Shown: in pieces, positions 50,290-62,664 of the stretch | How positions within the stretch are numbered: the stretch's first letter is position 1 | How the letters are laid out: each line of letters begins with the position of its first letter | Assembly (NCBI GenBank): GCA_052327205.1 | Contig: CM126220.1 | Location: forward strand, 10,850,001-10,914,000 | Origin: Somniosus microcephalus | Taxonomy: Eukaryota | Reading direction: 5' to 3' | DNA length: 64,000 bases | Position numbers and translations under genes: made by a program | Notes under the pieces: generated by a model | The model's input: the letters and a program-made list of their open reading frames with translations, nothing else | Databases searched by the model: none | What the model was told of the DNA's origin: nothing

Positions 50290-50560
50290 TTGTCCCAGTA
50301 GCTCAACAGGTGGGTCAGCCATGCATACGAGGAATATCCCATATCTGGTGCTCTCAGCTGAGGCAGTAGTGAGGTTTTTCAATTGGCCTCAGCCTTTCTG
50401 AGCAAGGGTTTCCAATCCATACTACTATCCAATGCCTCGAGCTGGAAATACATGTTTGTGGCTGTCCGGTGAGGACACACTGAATCCAGCTGTGCCCCGT
50501 TATCAATAAGCCTGCCAGCATTCACTACCTAAGCTCTTGTTGGGCATGGTACTTGATGGC
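50290..50560 (+). mobile_element. AmnSINE2-like old SINE, degraded
   Basis: TCTCAGCTGAGGCAGTAG..CAATTGGCCTCAG..GCTGGAAA..GGTGAGGACA. Confidence 0.55.
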
Positions 50561-50994
50561 CGTCGGTGCTCGTATGAAAAAACCAAAACCAAAACTCTGG
50601 CATGAGTGGATACATTTAGAAGAGTAAAGGGAAAGAAATAATGGAGTGAAAAAGATCTAGGTGAAATGTTGTCACTGAGGTTTGGTAGTGTCAATGGGCT
50701 CAGCATATCCACTATTCTTCAAAGGAAAGAGATATCTTGGTAACTGAGGAACTCTAAATATTTAATTATTGGGTGCCTAGGTGACCTGCCTTAGAACCAG
50801 CAGGGAAAACAAATGTCATGAAAAGCCTAAACTTCACTACATTACTTAAGCTGACCTTTAAATGGGCACCATAACTACCCTGTTGATTGGGAAAGTTGTA
50901 ATTTATAGCTTTGATTAAAGTAGTAGATCTCCTGTGGTTTTGCTAATGGATCATCTGGAGGTCTGGAGCACATTTGTGATGTTTAACTGTTAAG

Positions 50995-51105
50995 ATGGAC
51001 CTGTGTTCAACCTGGCTGCTTCCTTTCAGACCCACTGCTCAGGTACTCCCTGTGGGAAGCAGTCTTGCGTTCAGTCACAGTTACTGGTCACGGGGGAGAA
51101 GTCAG
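50995..51105 (+). pseudogene. Candidate exon, frame and boundaries ambiguous
   Basis: Possible acceptors at 50994 or 51029; frames WTCVQPGCFLSDPLLRYSLWEAVLRS or MDLCSTWLLPFRPTAQ|GTACTC. Confidence 0.2.
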
Positions 51106-51454
51106 GTTATCAAAAGCCAGCAAGAAATTTACTGTCCTTCCTTTCTTTTGGCACTCCACAGTATGAGAGACGATGCTCGATACAAGTAGTTTTGTATATG
51201 GATAGGTATCCCAGAGCTTTGAAGCACTGGGCGCCTGTGTGTCGAGCCAGAAGAAACCAACTCAGGAAGCATGATCAGCATGAGAAGAACATGTAGTACG
51301 GCCAGGAATGAAGCTTTGAACCTGACAGAAGTATCAAAGCCCTTATTTGTCCTGATAAAAAAGTAAATATTTAATGGTGGTAATGTTTCTCTCCAGAAAA
51401 CATTGCTCGTTGCTGTAGTATGGCTTCATGGGCGCCGACAACGCTCAGATACTT

Positions 51455-51720
51455 CTCCCAAGTGGCCATTCTTTATAAGCCAAGACCGTTTGCGCAGGCA
51501 TGCTATTTAACTGCATGGACCATCAGAGCCACGTGGATCCTGACACATGCACGTTACAGCAGGAATCCAATCAGAAATGGGAACAGTGCCTGATTTCCTC
51601 CCTGCCCCTCCCAAAGCTCAGATTGTAACTCTCCAACTGCTGTTTCAGCTGAAATCAGTGAACTCAGCACACACTGGGGGGATTGGATGTTGTATCTTTT
51701 GGCCTGTATGGCTTTGCACC
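51455..51720 (-). mobile_element. AmnSINE2-like old SINE
   Basis: CCCAAGTGGCCATTCTT..CAGCTGAAATCAGTGAACTCAGCACA. Confidence 0.6.
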
Positions 51721-51765
51721 AGTAATAATTCAGACATTTTTTTAAAATGTCATTTTTTGACCAAG

Positions 51766-52036
51766 TTCAATTCAAATTCAAATTCAAATCGCTTTATTGG
51801 CATGACAAGTTACATCTTATGTTGCCAAAGCATCGGAAAACATTCATGTTTGTTCACAAAAATACAGATCTATCCATACAGTGTATAAACAGATATATCC
51901 CTGAGTGTATAAATATACTTTCATATAATTTATATATACTCTTATCTTATCTTTAGTGGTTGTCCCTCTGTTTATGGCAAGCTGTAACATAGTGTGCCGC
52001 TAGTGTTATGCAATTTCTCTCTTCCACTAGTAGGTA
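51766..52036 (-). mobile_element. RTE-X-like LINE extreme 3' end
   Basis: Minus-strand peptide YLLVEERNCITLAAHYVTACHKQRDNH*, 3' UTR GCTTTGGCAAC..GTCATGCCAATAAAGC and (TTTGAA)n tail. Confidence 0.72.
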
Positions 52037-54047
52037 CTAGCATTCAAAAAAGACGCCAGCCAGCCAACACAAGGCCACTAAATTGAAGAAGACGTTGGAT
52101 TGCCCAATATAAGGTGCAGATGTGATGAAACACAGCAGTCAGGTGTTGTGGGAGGAACTTCCCTGTGGAAGAAAATTTATGCAAAATGGAGTTGGACTAA
52201 AAAAGCTAATGAATACTGTATATAAATGTGCACTTTCAAGCAGAAGTATTGTTGTGACTGCTTGTGGAATGAGTTTACTGTACACAGTTCTGTACAGTAC
52301 AGCAGAAGTTTTATAAAACTAGGAGTATATCATATTACAGGAGATCCTTTGGGTTGAAACCCATAAATATTCTGTTAACAAATGACTGTGGTTCTTGCCT
52401 ACAGTCCTTCAGTGAAGTTGCTGGCATTATCACCCATTATATGCAGGCACCTAATGCTTCAATAGTAAAACAAACTATCTCTTCAGTGAAGTGATAATTT
52501 GTATAGACCAACTGACATATAAATATTTGTTTTGATATTGTAAGCAGGACATCAAGGAAGTAAGTTTAAGCCAATAGTTTGCTCGTAAGCCCTTCAAGCT
52601 TTGTTTTCATTAGTGGTTGCAATGCAACACCTACTGATTTTCAGGATGAGCCGTTAGTTGTTATCATGTTTTCGTTTTCAGTAGAACGCCCACTTGATAA
52701 GATCACAGTGGGCTCTAATTGAAAAGCATTAATCAGCCTACGAAATTCCAGGGAATTATAAACATGTCAAATGCGCTATAAATATTTGCATATTGATAAA
52801 ATATGAATTCTTTGTCTGCAAATGTTTTTTTGTGAATTGGCTTTCCAATGCACATCTTGTGTGTATGACGAACTACATGATAAAAGTAAGCTGCTAATCT
52901 GTGATCATTATTAAGGTTTCATTAAAAATTCTCTAAGATAGGCCCATTTGCCAGCTTTTGAGGAAAAAAAAAATCAGGTTTGCAATGATCATACTTTTAT
53001 TCAGAGTACACCCATACCCTTCCCCATTACATAATGAAAAATGGCATACTTACAGAAAGCGATACCAGTTGCGAGTTTGTACACAATGCTAAGCCACCCC
53101 GTGATGTCACTGGGGGTCTGTCCTTTTGCATCCATGAATAATTTGATTAGAAAAATCGAGGACTCCTACTTCAGACTAGCCTGAAAGCAGCTCAGTTCAT
53201 GAGATCGTATGTAAATAAATGTGTTAAGGAGGCACACAGATAACACCAATTCGGAGGAGGTTTTTATACCTGAAACAGTAACCGATTTGTGCTGTCTCTA
53301 TAGATTCTGCCTTGAGTGCTGAGTATCTCCAGCGTTTTGTTTTTGATGCAGATACCAACCACCCTTTGTGATCATAATTAAACGAGCACCACTGTAAAAA
53401 CACCTTTGGACACAGTTCAGCTTGCATTGATGAAGCTAACTCAGTTAGTCTCTAATTTAACACTGTGCAAGGCCCATGATCGTGCGGCTGGTTTCCAAAG
53501 CACAGGTAGTGGTGAGACCTTCAATGATCAACTGCTATTCTTAGCAGATGTGTTGGACTGCCAGTCTTGGTGAGTCCTTGCAGTTTTACATTTGGCCTGC
53601 AGCCGCATGTACAAGGCCTGCAGTCCAGAACCCAACTACACTATCATCGACCTTGCGCAATGTAAAAGCAACTAGTGAGACTGGAAAAGGCTGACTCGCC
53701 CTCCAGTTTTCTCTTCACTTTTGCCTTTAACCTTGGTCAACCTGTTGCTAATGGATAACATAGTTATAATCATAATATGCATCTTGTCAGCATTCTGGAA
53801 AACCAAATGGTTACTGAGAAAAACAAAAGTAAAGTAAGTCAAAGAAATGAGGAAATACAGGTGGACTGTTAAGGAGTTAAAATGGAAAACTGAGGAAAGG
53901 GTTTTGTCGGTTCAAACAAGGTGTGAAGGGTTTCAAGGTTCATTCAGTGGAAAGGTATTGCCACATCCTGAGGTACTAATGAGATTTATTGCAGAGTTAT
54001 ATACTCTAGTGCCAGACATAAAAATGTTTTTTGAAAAGATATTTTTG

Positions 54048-54680
54048 TTTGTCTTTCGGATGAGACGTTAAACCGAGGCCCCATCTACCTTCTCAGATGG
54101 ATGTAAAAACATTGCATGGCACTACTCAAAAGAGCTGGAAAATTCTCCCAGTTAATCCCTCAACTAATACTACCAAAAAACAATTTATTTACTGGTTGTT
54201 ATAAATCTCATCATCATAAAGAAACTACTCATGAAATAACGCTGGACGGCCAGCTGGTGGCGCCGTCCAAGGAGTATAAATACTCGGGCGTGGGCCCAGC
54301 TTGCTCAGGGACATTTTGTAAGACAGGAACTAGTGAAGTACAACTAGACCTCCATGTTCTGAAACAAGTTGATTAAAGCCTTGCTTTATACTCGAACCAA
54401 GTGCGTAGTGAGTTTTGTTACGTCACTGGTCACTTATATCAAGGCTGTTTGTAAGACCTTCAGAAAATCTCCTGGTGTTCTGATCAACGTTTATCCCTCA
54501 ACCAACATACCAAAAACAGATGACCAAGTCATTTATATCAGGAATGTTTACAGGACCTTGCTGTGTGCACCTTTGGCGGCTGCATTTCCCTTCATTACAA
54601 CCATGCTTCAGAAGTATTAGCTATGAAGCGCTATGGGACATCTTGAGGACATGAAAGACACTGTATGAATGCTAGTTTGT
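54048..54680 (+). mobile_element. DeuSINE with internal duplication and solo-LTR insertion
   Basis: GTCTTTCGGATGAGACGTTAAACCGAGGCCCC..; the CCCTCAAC..CCAAAAAC segment occurs twice; L2-type tail. Confidence 0.85.
54197..54425 (+). mobile_element. Short solo LTR (229 bp) inserted in a DeuSINE
   Basis: TG...CA ends, 5-bp TSD CTGGT, TATAAATA box and ATTAAA signal in order; the SINE is continuous once it is removed. Confidence 0.78.
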
Positions 54681-54749
54681 TAATGTATTCAGGTTAGCTG
54701 TGACTAGATTGAGTCCTTTACCAAGAAACATTTAGTATCAAGCCGACTG

Positions 54750-55075
54750 TATTTAGACTTGCGTTAAGCTCAGCTGGAGCCAGAGCATTACAATTGAACT
54801 CCACATCGTTGGGCTAGGGAGGAGGAAACATCAGACAGCATACCTGCTCCTGATCACGATCCAGTGGACCTGCTGGAAAGTGCAAGTGTGTGGATGCCTG
54901 GTAACGACTGGGCTCAGCTGCAATGCCATGAGTCGGATCAAGCTGCCAACATTCACTGTCTCAGCTCATACGTAAAGAAGCATAACTTTGAGCAGGGTAC
55001 CGGAGGTGCATCTGCCACTGTGGAACTGTAGCCCAGCAAGTACCTTCAAGGAGCTAGAGAGGGGAGAATATTGGA
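54750..55075 (+). mobile_element. AmnSINE2-like old SINE
   Basis: GGGCTAGGGAGGAGGAAAC..CCTGCTCCTGATCACGATCCAGTGGACCTGCTGGAAAGTGCAAGTGTGTGGA. Confidence 0.7.
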
Positions 55076-55607
55076 AAAAGAATACACTGCCGTGTACTTT
55101 CAAACCAAAGTTTAAGGCAAAGATGAAGAGAAACTAAAGGGCAAGCCAGCCTTCAGGTATGGAGAAAGGGGAGAAAATTGGAAAGAATAGACTACATTGT
55201 GCTTTCAGTAAAATATAGCGCAAGTGTTGTGTTCAGGAAACCCATGATGTGGATTACCATATCAAACACTTACCTAAGCAAGTTTAATTTAAAATACTGG
55301 TTCAATCCAATTTGCATCCTTCTTGCAGTTTGTTACCCTTTCCCTCTCGGGGTGCTGACGAGTGATGGGGTACATTATGTACGATGTGGCAGGAGATCAA
55401 TAGAGTGTCAGATTAGGCTCATTTAGATCCATTTCAATTCTAATTGACTTTCTTTAAAACCAAATCTTAAACACACCCTCCTTCCCTAGCTATTTTACAA
55501 GTCATTTTTTAATTCCCCCCCAACTCTATTTCTTGATATGAGAGGGTGAACAAGCCTTTGCCTCGGCTGTCTCTTAACTTAAAACTGTCTCTTAACTCAT
55601 AGCACTG

Positions 55608-56915
55608 TCGACAGTGCTATGAAGCGGCACTTACACACCAATAACCTGCTCACTGATGCCTAGTTTGGGTTCTGCCAAGACCACTCTGCTCCTGACCTCA
55701 TTACAGCCTTGGTCCAAAGATGGACAAAGGAGCTGAATTCCAGAGGTGAAGTGTGAGAGTGACTGCCCTTGACATCAAGGCAGCATTTGACCGGGTCTAG
55801 CATCAAGGAGCCCTAGTAAAACTGATGTCAATGGAAATCAGGGGGAAAACGCTCCACTGGCTGGAGTCATACCAAGCACAAAGGAAGATAGCTGTGATGG
55901 TTGAAGGTCAATCATCACAGCCCCAGGACATTGCTGCAGGAGTTCCTCAGGGCAGTGTCCTAGGCCCAACCATCTTCAGCTGCTTCACCAATGACCTTCC
56001 CTCCAACATAAGGTCAGAAATGGGGATGTTTGCTGATGACTGCACAGTGTGCAGCGCCATTTGCAACTCCACAGATAATGAAGCAGTCCATGCCCGCATG
56101 CAACAAGACCTGGACGACTTGGGCTGATAAGTGGCAGGTAACATTCGCGCCACAGAAGTGCCAGGCAATGACGATCTCCAACAAGCGAAAGTCTAACCAC
56201 CTCCCCATGACATTCAATGGCATTACCATCGCTGAATCCCCCACTATCCACATCCTGGGGGTCACCATTAACCAGAAACTTAACTGGACCAGCCACATAA
56301 ATACTGTGGCAACAAGAGCAGGTCAGAGGCTGGGTATTCTGCGGCAAATGCCTCACCTCCTGGCTCCCCAAAGCCTTTCCACCGTCTACAAGGCACAAGT
56401 AAGGAGTGTGATGGAATACTCTCCACTTGCCTGGATGATTGCAGCTCCAATAACACTCAAGAAGCTCGACACCATACAGGACAAAGCAGCCCGCTTGATT
56501 GGCACCACATCTACCACCTTAAACATTCACTCCCTCCACCACCGGAGTACCATGGCTGCAGTGTGTACCATCTACAAGATGCACTGCAGCAACTCGCCAA
56601 GGCAGCACCTCCCAAACCAGCGACCTCTTCCACTTAGAAGGACAAGGGCAGCAGGCGCACGGGAACACCACCATCTCCAAGTTGCCCTCCAAGTCACACA
56701 CTATCCTGACTTAGAAGTATATTGCCGATCCTTCATCGTCGCTGGGTCAAAATCCTGGAACTCCCTCCCTAACAGCACTGTGGGAGTACCTTCACCACAC
56801 GGACTACTGCGGTTCAAGAAGGCGGCTCACCACCATCTTCTCAAGGGCAACTAGGGATGTGCAATAAATGCTGGCATTGCCAGCGACGCCCTGATCCCAT
56901 AAACGAATTTTTTAA
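55608..56915 (+). mobile_element. CR1-group LINE (distinct from HER1 type), RT through 3' end
   Basis: ALDIKAAFD, GVPQGSVLGP, FADD motifs; frameshift near 56120; YKAQVRSVMEYSPLAW; tail shared with the SINE at 3818-4206. Confidence 0.93.
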
Positions 56916-58113
56916 AAACAGGGTAATAACAGAGCAGGTTGGTTGCTCCTCATGTTTTCCATCCTCTTCCATTTCACTCCACTTCATACTTTCCCACATT
57001 GATTGTCTTAATGGCAAAGCTCAACCTGTGGGGAATCGGACTATAGGGGGAAATTGCATTTTATTATTCCATGGCAGTGTGTCAGTGCCCAAATACAGCA
57101 TTGGACTGCCCAAGTAAATCTAGCTTTTACTAAACTACTTTCAAACTGAATGGGACGAAACAAAGGAAGGAAGGTCAGAGTTTTCACACTATTCTAATGC
57201 AAAAGTTAGCTAATCCACATTGTCCAGAGAGTGCATTATGATAAGGGACATCCGTTAATTTGAAACAGACTAGAATTTATAGCTGAATTATTATTAGAAC
57301 TTATAAAATTAGCAATGACATCATCATAGCAGTAGACTATTGTTGATAAGTCTGGACTTCTGATTCCTCTCCGTAAGTAGCGTGTGGAACAGTAGCATTA
57401 TATCAATGTCTGCCACCAGTTATATATACTTGTGTTACTGTGTAAATTCCCAACAGCTCTAAAACTTTGAATAAGCTCTACTTCATATTTGAAGTAGGAA
57501 CCATAGCCCAATCGATTCGTGCATGATAATGGTGTGACAAAATAATTGATGTGGCAGGGTATGTTCCAGGCAGATATACGGACCATGTGACACATTGTAG
57601 TGTCCCCACCACTACAGTTCCAAAGATATGCTATCTTTGTCCAGACCAAGGTGTGACCGATTGAAGCTCTGTCTTTCTAATAAAACCTATTCTATTTTTA
57701 ATATTTATTTATGCAATTTTGGTAGCTGGCCACCCGGTGGCCATTTTAATTTGTATGACTAACTGACATATACTATATTTATCTTAAGTGTTGGTCATTT
57801 GAAAGAGCAGAGGAGTCAACTCTGTCTAGGTGGATGTCTTAACAAGAGCTAGTTGCCATGGCCACGTAAAAGACAGAAATGCTTAATATTAATGACCTAG
57901 CTGCAAGAGAAGGCATAGCTAATCACTTGGAATTGGCAGCCTAAGGGAAGGGTGGAGAATCTAACCTTGCAGTGTGTGAGAGTTGCTTTGTCTCATGGGT
58001 GTAAATATTGTAGCAGGATATCCTGTCAGGATGACTAAAAGAAAGAACTTGGATTTATATAGTGCCTTTCACATCCCAAAGCACTTTACAGCCAACGAAA
58101 TACATTTGAAGTG

Positions 58114-59292
58114 TTCTTCTTCTTCGGCAGTCCCTCGGAACCAAGGATGACTTGCTTCCACATTAAAAATGAGTTCGCTGGTGACTGATGAGTCCAATGC
58201 GGGACCTACAGTCTCTGTCACAGGTGGGGCAGATGGTGGTTGAAGGGGCGGGTGGGTGGGGTGCTTGGGTTGATGTGCGCTGCTTGCGTTTCGCTTCCGC
58301 TTGCTCCCAGCGAAGAGATTCTAGGTGTTCAGCGCCTTCTCAAAGCCTCCTTGAAAAAGTGTAACATCCCCACCGACACCCTGGAATCCCTGGCCCAAGA
58401 CCGCACAAAGTGGAGGAGAAGCATCCGGGAAGGCGCCGAACACCTCGAGTCTCTTCGCCGGGAGCAAGCGGAAGCCAAGCGCAAGGAGCGCACGTCAACC
58501 CAAGCACCCCACCCACCCGCCCCCCCAAACCACAGTCTGCCCCACTTGTGACAGAGACTGTAGGTCCCGCATTGGACTCATCAGTCACCTGCGAACTCAT
58601 TTTTAATGTGGAAGCAAGTCATCCTCGGTTCCGAGGGACTGTCTAAGAAGAAGGCTTCTCCGCCACTTTGTGCGGTCTTGGACCAGGGATTCCCAGGTGT
58701 CAGTAGGGATGTTGCACTTTTTCAAGGAGGCTTTGCGGGTGTCGTTGACGCGTTTCCTCTGCCCACCTGGGTCTCTCTTATCGGGCATGCGGACGATGTG
58801 ACCCGTCCATCGGAGCTGATCGAGCGTGGTCAAAGCTTCGATGCTGGAGATGTTGGCCTGAGCCAGAACACTGACGTTGGTGCGCCTATCCTGCCAATGA
58901 ATTTGCAGGATCTTGTGGAGGCAGCATTGGTGGTACCTCTCCAGTGCTTTGAGGTGCCTGTTGTACATGGTCCATGTCTCTGAGGCATACAGCAGGGCGG
59001 GTATCACTACTGCTCTGTAGACCATGAGCTTAGTGCCGGGTTTGAGGTCCTGGTCTTCAAACACTCTCTTCCTCAGGTGACCGAAGGCTGTACTGGCACA
59101 CTGAAGGCGGTGTTGGACTTGTCATCAACGTCTGCCCTTGTTGACCGTAGGCTCCCGAGGTATGGAAAGTGGTCCACGTTGTCCAAGGCCTTGTCATGGA
59201 TTTTGATAATGGGGGGGCAGTACTGTGTGGCGGGGGCAGGTTGGTAGAGGACCTTTGTCTTACGGATGTTTAGTGTAAGGCCCATGCTCTCA
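58114..59292 (-). mobile_element. RTE-clade LINE, 5'-truncated
   Basis: GLTLNIRKTKV, FPYLGS, TKLMVYRAVVIPALLYASETW, QLRWTGHIVRM; (GAA)n tail at 58114-58125. Confidence 0.93.
58341..58653 (+). mobile_element. Second RTE 3' end in antisense orientation within the first RTE
   Basis: KASLKKCNIPTDTLESLAQDRTKWRRSIREG.. and its own AAGAAGAAG tail. Confidence 0.9.
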
Positions 59293-60322
59293 TAGTCACT
59301 GTAGTAAATGCGGCCACCAATTGGCGCACAGCAAGGTCCTACAAACAGCAATGAGATAATTACCAGGTAATCTGTTTCAGTGATGCTGGTTGAGAAATAA
59401 ATATAGGCCAGGACACCGTCTCTCCCCTGCTCTTCTTCGAAATAGTGCCATGGTACCTTTTACACCCACCTGAGAGGGCAGACGGTTTAACGTCTCAGCT
59501 GAAAGGCAGCACCTCTGACAGTGCAGCACTCCCTCAGTACTGCACTGGAGTGTCAGCCTAGATTATTGTGCTCAAGTATTTTGTTACCCCTCTGTCAATG
59601 CTATACAGTGGCCATTGAATTTCTCCCCACCCCCAAACCTGTGTGTGGTCTGCACCTCCCTCTGACATGACTGAGATCAGAAGCTCACCTCTTGGAAAAT
59701 TCTGCCTTCTGCATTCTACCATTGCCTTCAATACGACTTTTGTAGTTGTTGCACAAAAAAGTATGTTTCTGATTTGGAAACCGACAGATAAATTTGGTAC
59801 TGAAAATGTTAAATGATTGTTTTAAAAACCATGTGGCTGTCATATTAGCCAAAACAGGAAGTGTGATGAGGTTTTTCAGTTACTTATTTCTGTTAAGTGA
59901 GACACAGTAATTGGACTGGAAGATGTCAATCTCAATGCACATTCATGTCTAGAATCTCAACCACATTGAAAGGCCAATCAGATGTTATCACATATATTTC
60001 CTAAAGGAATAGTAAAAACAGCAAAAAACAATGACAGTGATGCAACTTAAAAGGAGAAAACAGTTCAATTCCAATTAGACGACAGTAAAGATTTTTTTTT
60101 TACAAAATAGATATCACTGCTGCTTTTCATCTGTCAACGGCGTAACTTATTTTCAACAGTTGTCTTTGGAATGAAAAATAATTAGCTCAGTTTTCAAGGT
60201 TAGTTTATTGTACCAAGTTATTGAAAGAGATTCCCTCTCTCCTCTTCCGCAACCACTAATTCTATCCTGCTGCCTGGGAGGATTGAAAATTTTCCATTGT
60301 CTCTGTCTATGCCATTCCTTAG

Positions 60323-60538
60323 TTGACTCACAAGGCGGTGTGCTTGACTGGTGGGTCATATTTTGACCGTTTTTCCAGCCTCCTGCAGCTAAGCATTGCA
60401 CAGCTTCCTTTTTGGAAGTATGACTATCAGTTGCGACTGGAATGTGAAGCTGGACCTCCCCACGTTGTAGATATTGAGCAGTTTGAAAAATCCCCTGATG
60501 AACAAGTGGCAGTTGAGGTGCTACCGGACTTCTGCCAG
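60323..60538 (+). CDS. Best candidate coding exon of an unidentified gene
   Basis: Long polypyrimidine acceptor TTTTCCATTGTCTCTGTCTATGCCATTCCTTAG; 72 open codons LTHKAVCLTGGSYFDRFSSLLQLSIAQLPFWKYDYQLRLECEAGPP..LPDFCQ; weak donor CAG|GTCCAT; non-repeat sequence. Confidence 0.35.
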
Positions 60539-60610
60539 GTCCATGAGGACCTACATGAGAAGTCTCAGCCTCTTACTCTCAGATTTTCCTTAATCTGCAT
60601 TCAGCTATGC

Positions 60611-60922
60611 TTTACAGAACAGTACAGCACAGAAGGAGGCCATTTGGCCCATTGAGCCTGCGCCAAGCTCTTTCGAAGAGCAACCCCGTGAGTCCCACTT
60701 CCCCCGCTCTTTCCCTATCTTCCTGCGATTTTTTTCTCCTTCGAGTATTTATCCAGTTCCCTTTTGAAGGCTACTATTGAATCTGTATCCAGCACCCCAT
60801 TGGGCAGTGTATTCCAAATTCTAACCACTCACTGCGTTTTTCCTCATGTCGCCTCTGGTTCTTTTGCCAGTCACCTTAAATCTGTGCCCCTCTGGTTACT
60901 GACTCTTCAGCCATTGGAAACC
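60611..60922 (-). mobile_element. CR1 3' fragment
   Basis: AGTACAGCACAGAAGGAGGCCATTTGGCCC reverse tail; GGCAGTGTATTCCAAATTCTAACCACTC. Confidence 0.88.
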
Positions 60923-61184
60923 CAGGAGAAAGCAGATTTCTCTCCAGGACCCAACACCACAGCAAAGTAAAGCTAAGAAACCAGCAGTGCACTGAAGTAC
61001 AGTCCTGACGCTCCACAGGTAACTTCAATCGGTAGCGGGATGGACACTGAAGAATGGAGCAGGTTATCTTAAACTTAAAGCAACTGTTTGACAGAGCAGC
61101 CAAAGCACACACTGTAGACCAACATTTAGACTGGGGGAGAGGAGAAAATGGACATAGCTAGAATGATACTTGTGTTGTCAATGA

Positions 61185-61415
61185 AGCTTATAAAATTCTA
61201 ACAGGATTAGACAGACTAGATGCAGGAAGGATGTTCCCGATGGCGGGGGAGTCCAGAACTAGGGGTCACAGTCTAAAGGTAAGGGGTAAGCCATTTAGGA
61301 CAGAGATGAGGAGGAATTTCTTCACCGAGAGTGGTGAACCTGTGGAATTCTTTACCACAGAAGGCAGTTGAGGCCAATTCATTAAATATATTCAAGAAGG
61401 CGTTAGATATATTTA
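61185..61415 (+). mobile_element. CR1 internal fragment
   Basis: YKILTGLDRLDAGRMFPMAGESRTRGHSL; very similar to 27063-27290. Confidence 0.92.
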
Positions 61416-61549
61416 ATTCTATGGTACATCAACATTAATTTTTGTGGCATGAATATAGATTCAGTAAGATTGGTTACTGAGTTTTGGATATTTCAGTGTA
61501 GTAATTTAAATACCTGTACCTCTTTAATACACTTACATTTTAAACCATC

Positions 61550-61655
61550 TTACAACAACTTGGCTTTATACAATACCTTTAATGTAGAAAAACATTCCAA
61601 GATGCTTCACAGCGGTGTAAGGAAAGATAACGAGCTAGAAGAGATGACCAAATGT
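61550..61655 (-). mobile_element. L2 3' tail remnant
   Basis: ACAACAACTTGGCTTTATACAATACCTTTAATGTAGAAAAACATTCC matches 5433-5500. Confidence 0.7.
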
Positions 61656-62493
61656 AATGCTGAGACTACGTTCAACACACGAGATAAGATTTGTAAATAC
61701 TACCATCTTTAATATTTAAAAATAGGCTGAGCAGAGCATCAGGTGCTCACAGGCTGAATGCCCAGCTTCTGCAAAACCAGCTGATTGAAGAGCTGAGATG
61801 AATGGGGTTAGATGATTGAGTGGGCTGCCTAGCAAGGAGTCAAATGGTTCAAGGTGTGAAATGCATGGGGAGTAACAAACTGCAAATCAGTGGCAATTAA
61901 AAGACTGGTGACAACTGCTGCCATTCAGGTTTGGCACACCACATACTCTTTTCCCTACAACCATAAGGGGGAAAACTGTTTGTGGACTTATGAATGCCCA
62001 GGAATAAATTCTGATGTCGTTGAATCACACAATACTAGGGCCTTGTCCATAATTTACCACCACCTATCTGTGTGTATAATTAATATTATTCCTAAATTCT
62101 TTAAAGCAGGGAAAGTAACATGATGGTTGTGACAGGTCTCTATTCACTCTGTGACAACAGGTTGCTTGGGATCTAAGAGAAGCATACACAAAATATTTCC
62201 TGTTTTCAAGTTGTTGAAAGCCATGGAGAACTGATGATTTTAAATGGCCATGTGGCACTGTAATGTCAATTGGGAAGGTCCCTGTAGATTTCCCATATCA
62301 GTCAAGAGAAATGACTTAATTTGCATAGAGAAAAAGTTAAGTTCTACAACCTGGCCTGTCCTTATTTAAGACATCACTCGATCTTCATTAACAGATTGCA
62401 CTCCACACCATGAAAGGGCAGTAAGGTTTGTCCCGTTTCACTAACACAGAATTCAACCCCAACTGCTTGTCTTTGCGAAAATGGTCACTGCAG

Positions 62494-62590
62494 TCACTCC
62501 TGAATCCCTGTTGAAATATATGCCACACACTTCCATACACAGGACGAGCGGATGATAGTGTGTGGTAATAACGTATCATTGCAGTCCGAG
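62494..62590 (+). pseudogene. Candidate frameshifted exon
   Basis: TPESLLKYMPH then a 1-nt shift to FHTQDERMIVCGNNVSLQSE; weak splice sites. Confidence 0.17.
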
Positions 62591-62664
62591 GTCCCCAATA
62601 TGTGGTATTGTAAACGGGAATAGAGTCGGCCTGCAGTCGAGTGGAGTAACTCGCTTTGTGTGAC

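Larger units (their letters stand above)
58040..59578 (-). mobile_element. DeuSINE split by RTE insertion (58040-58113 and 59293-59578)
   Basis: TTGAAGTG|..|TAGTCACTG rejoins the SINE consensus. Confidence 0.88.
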
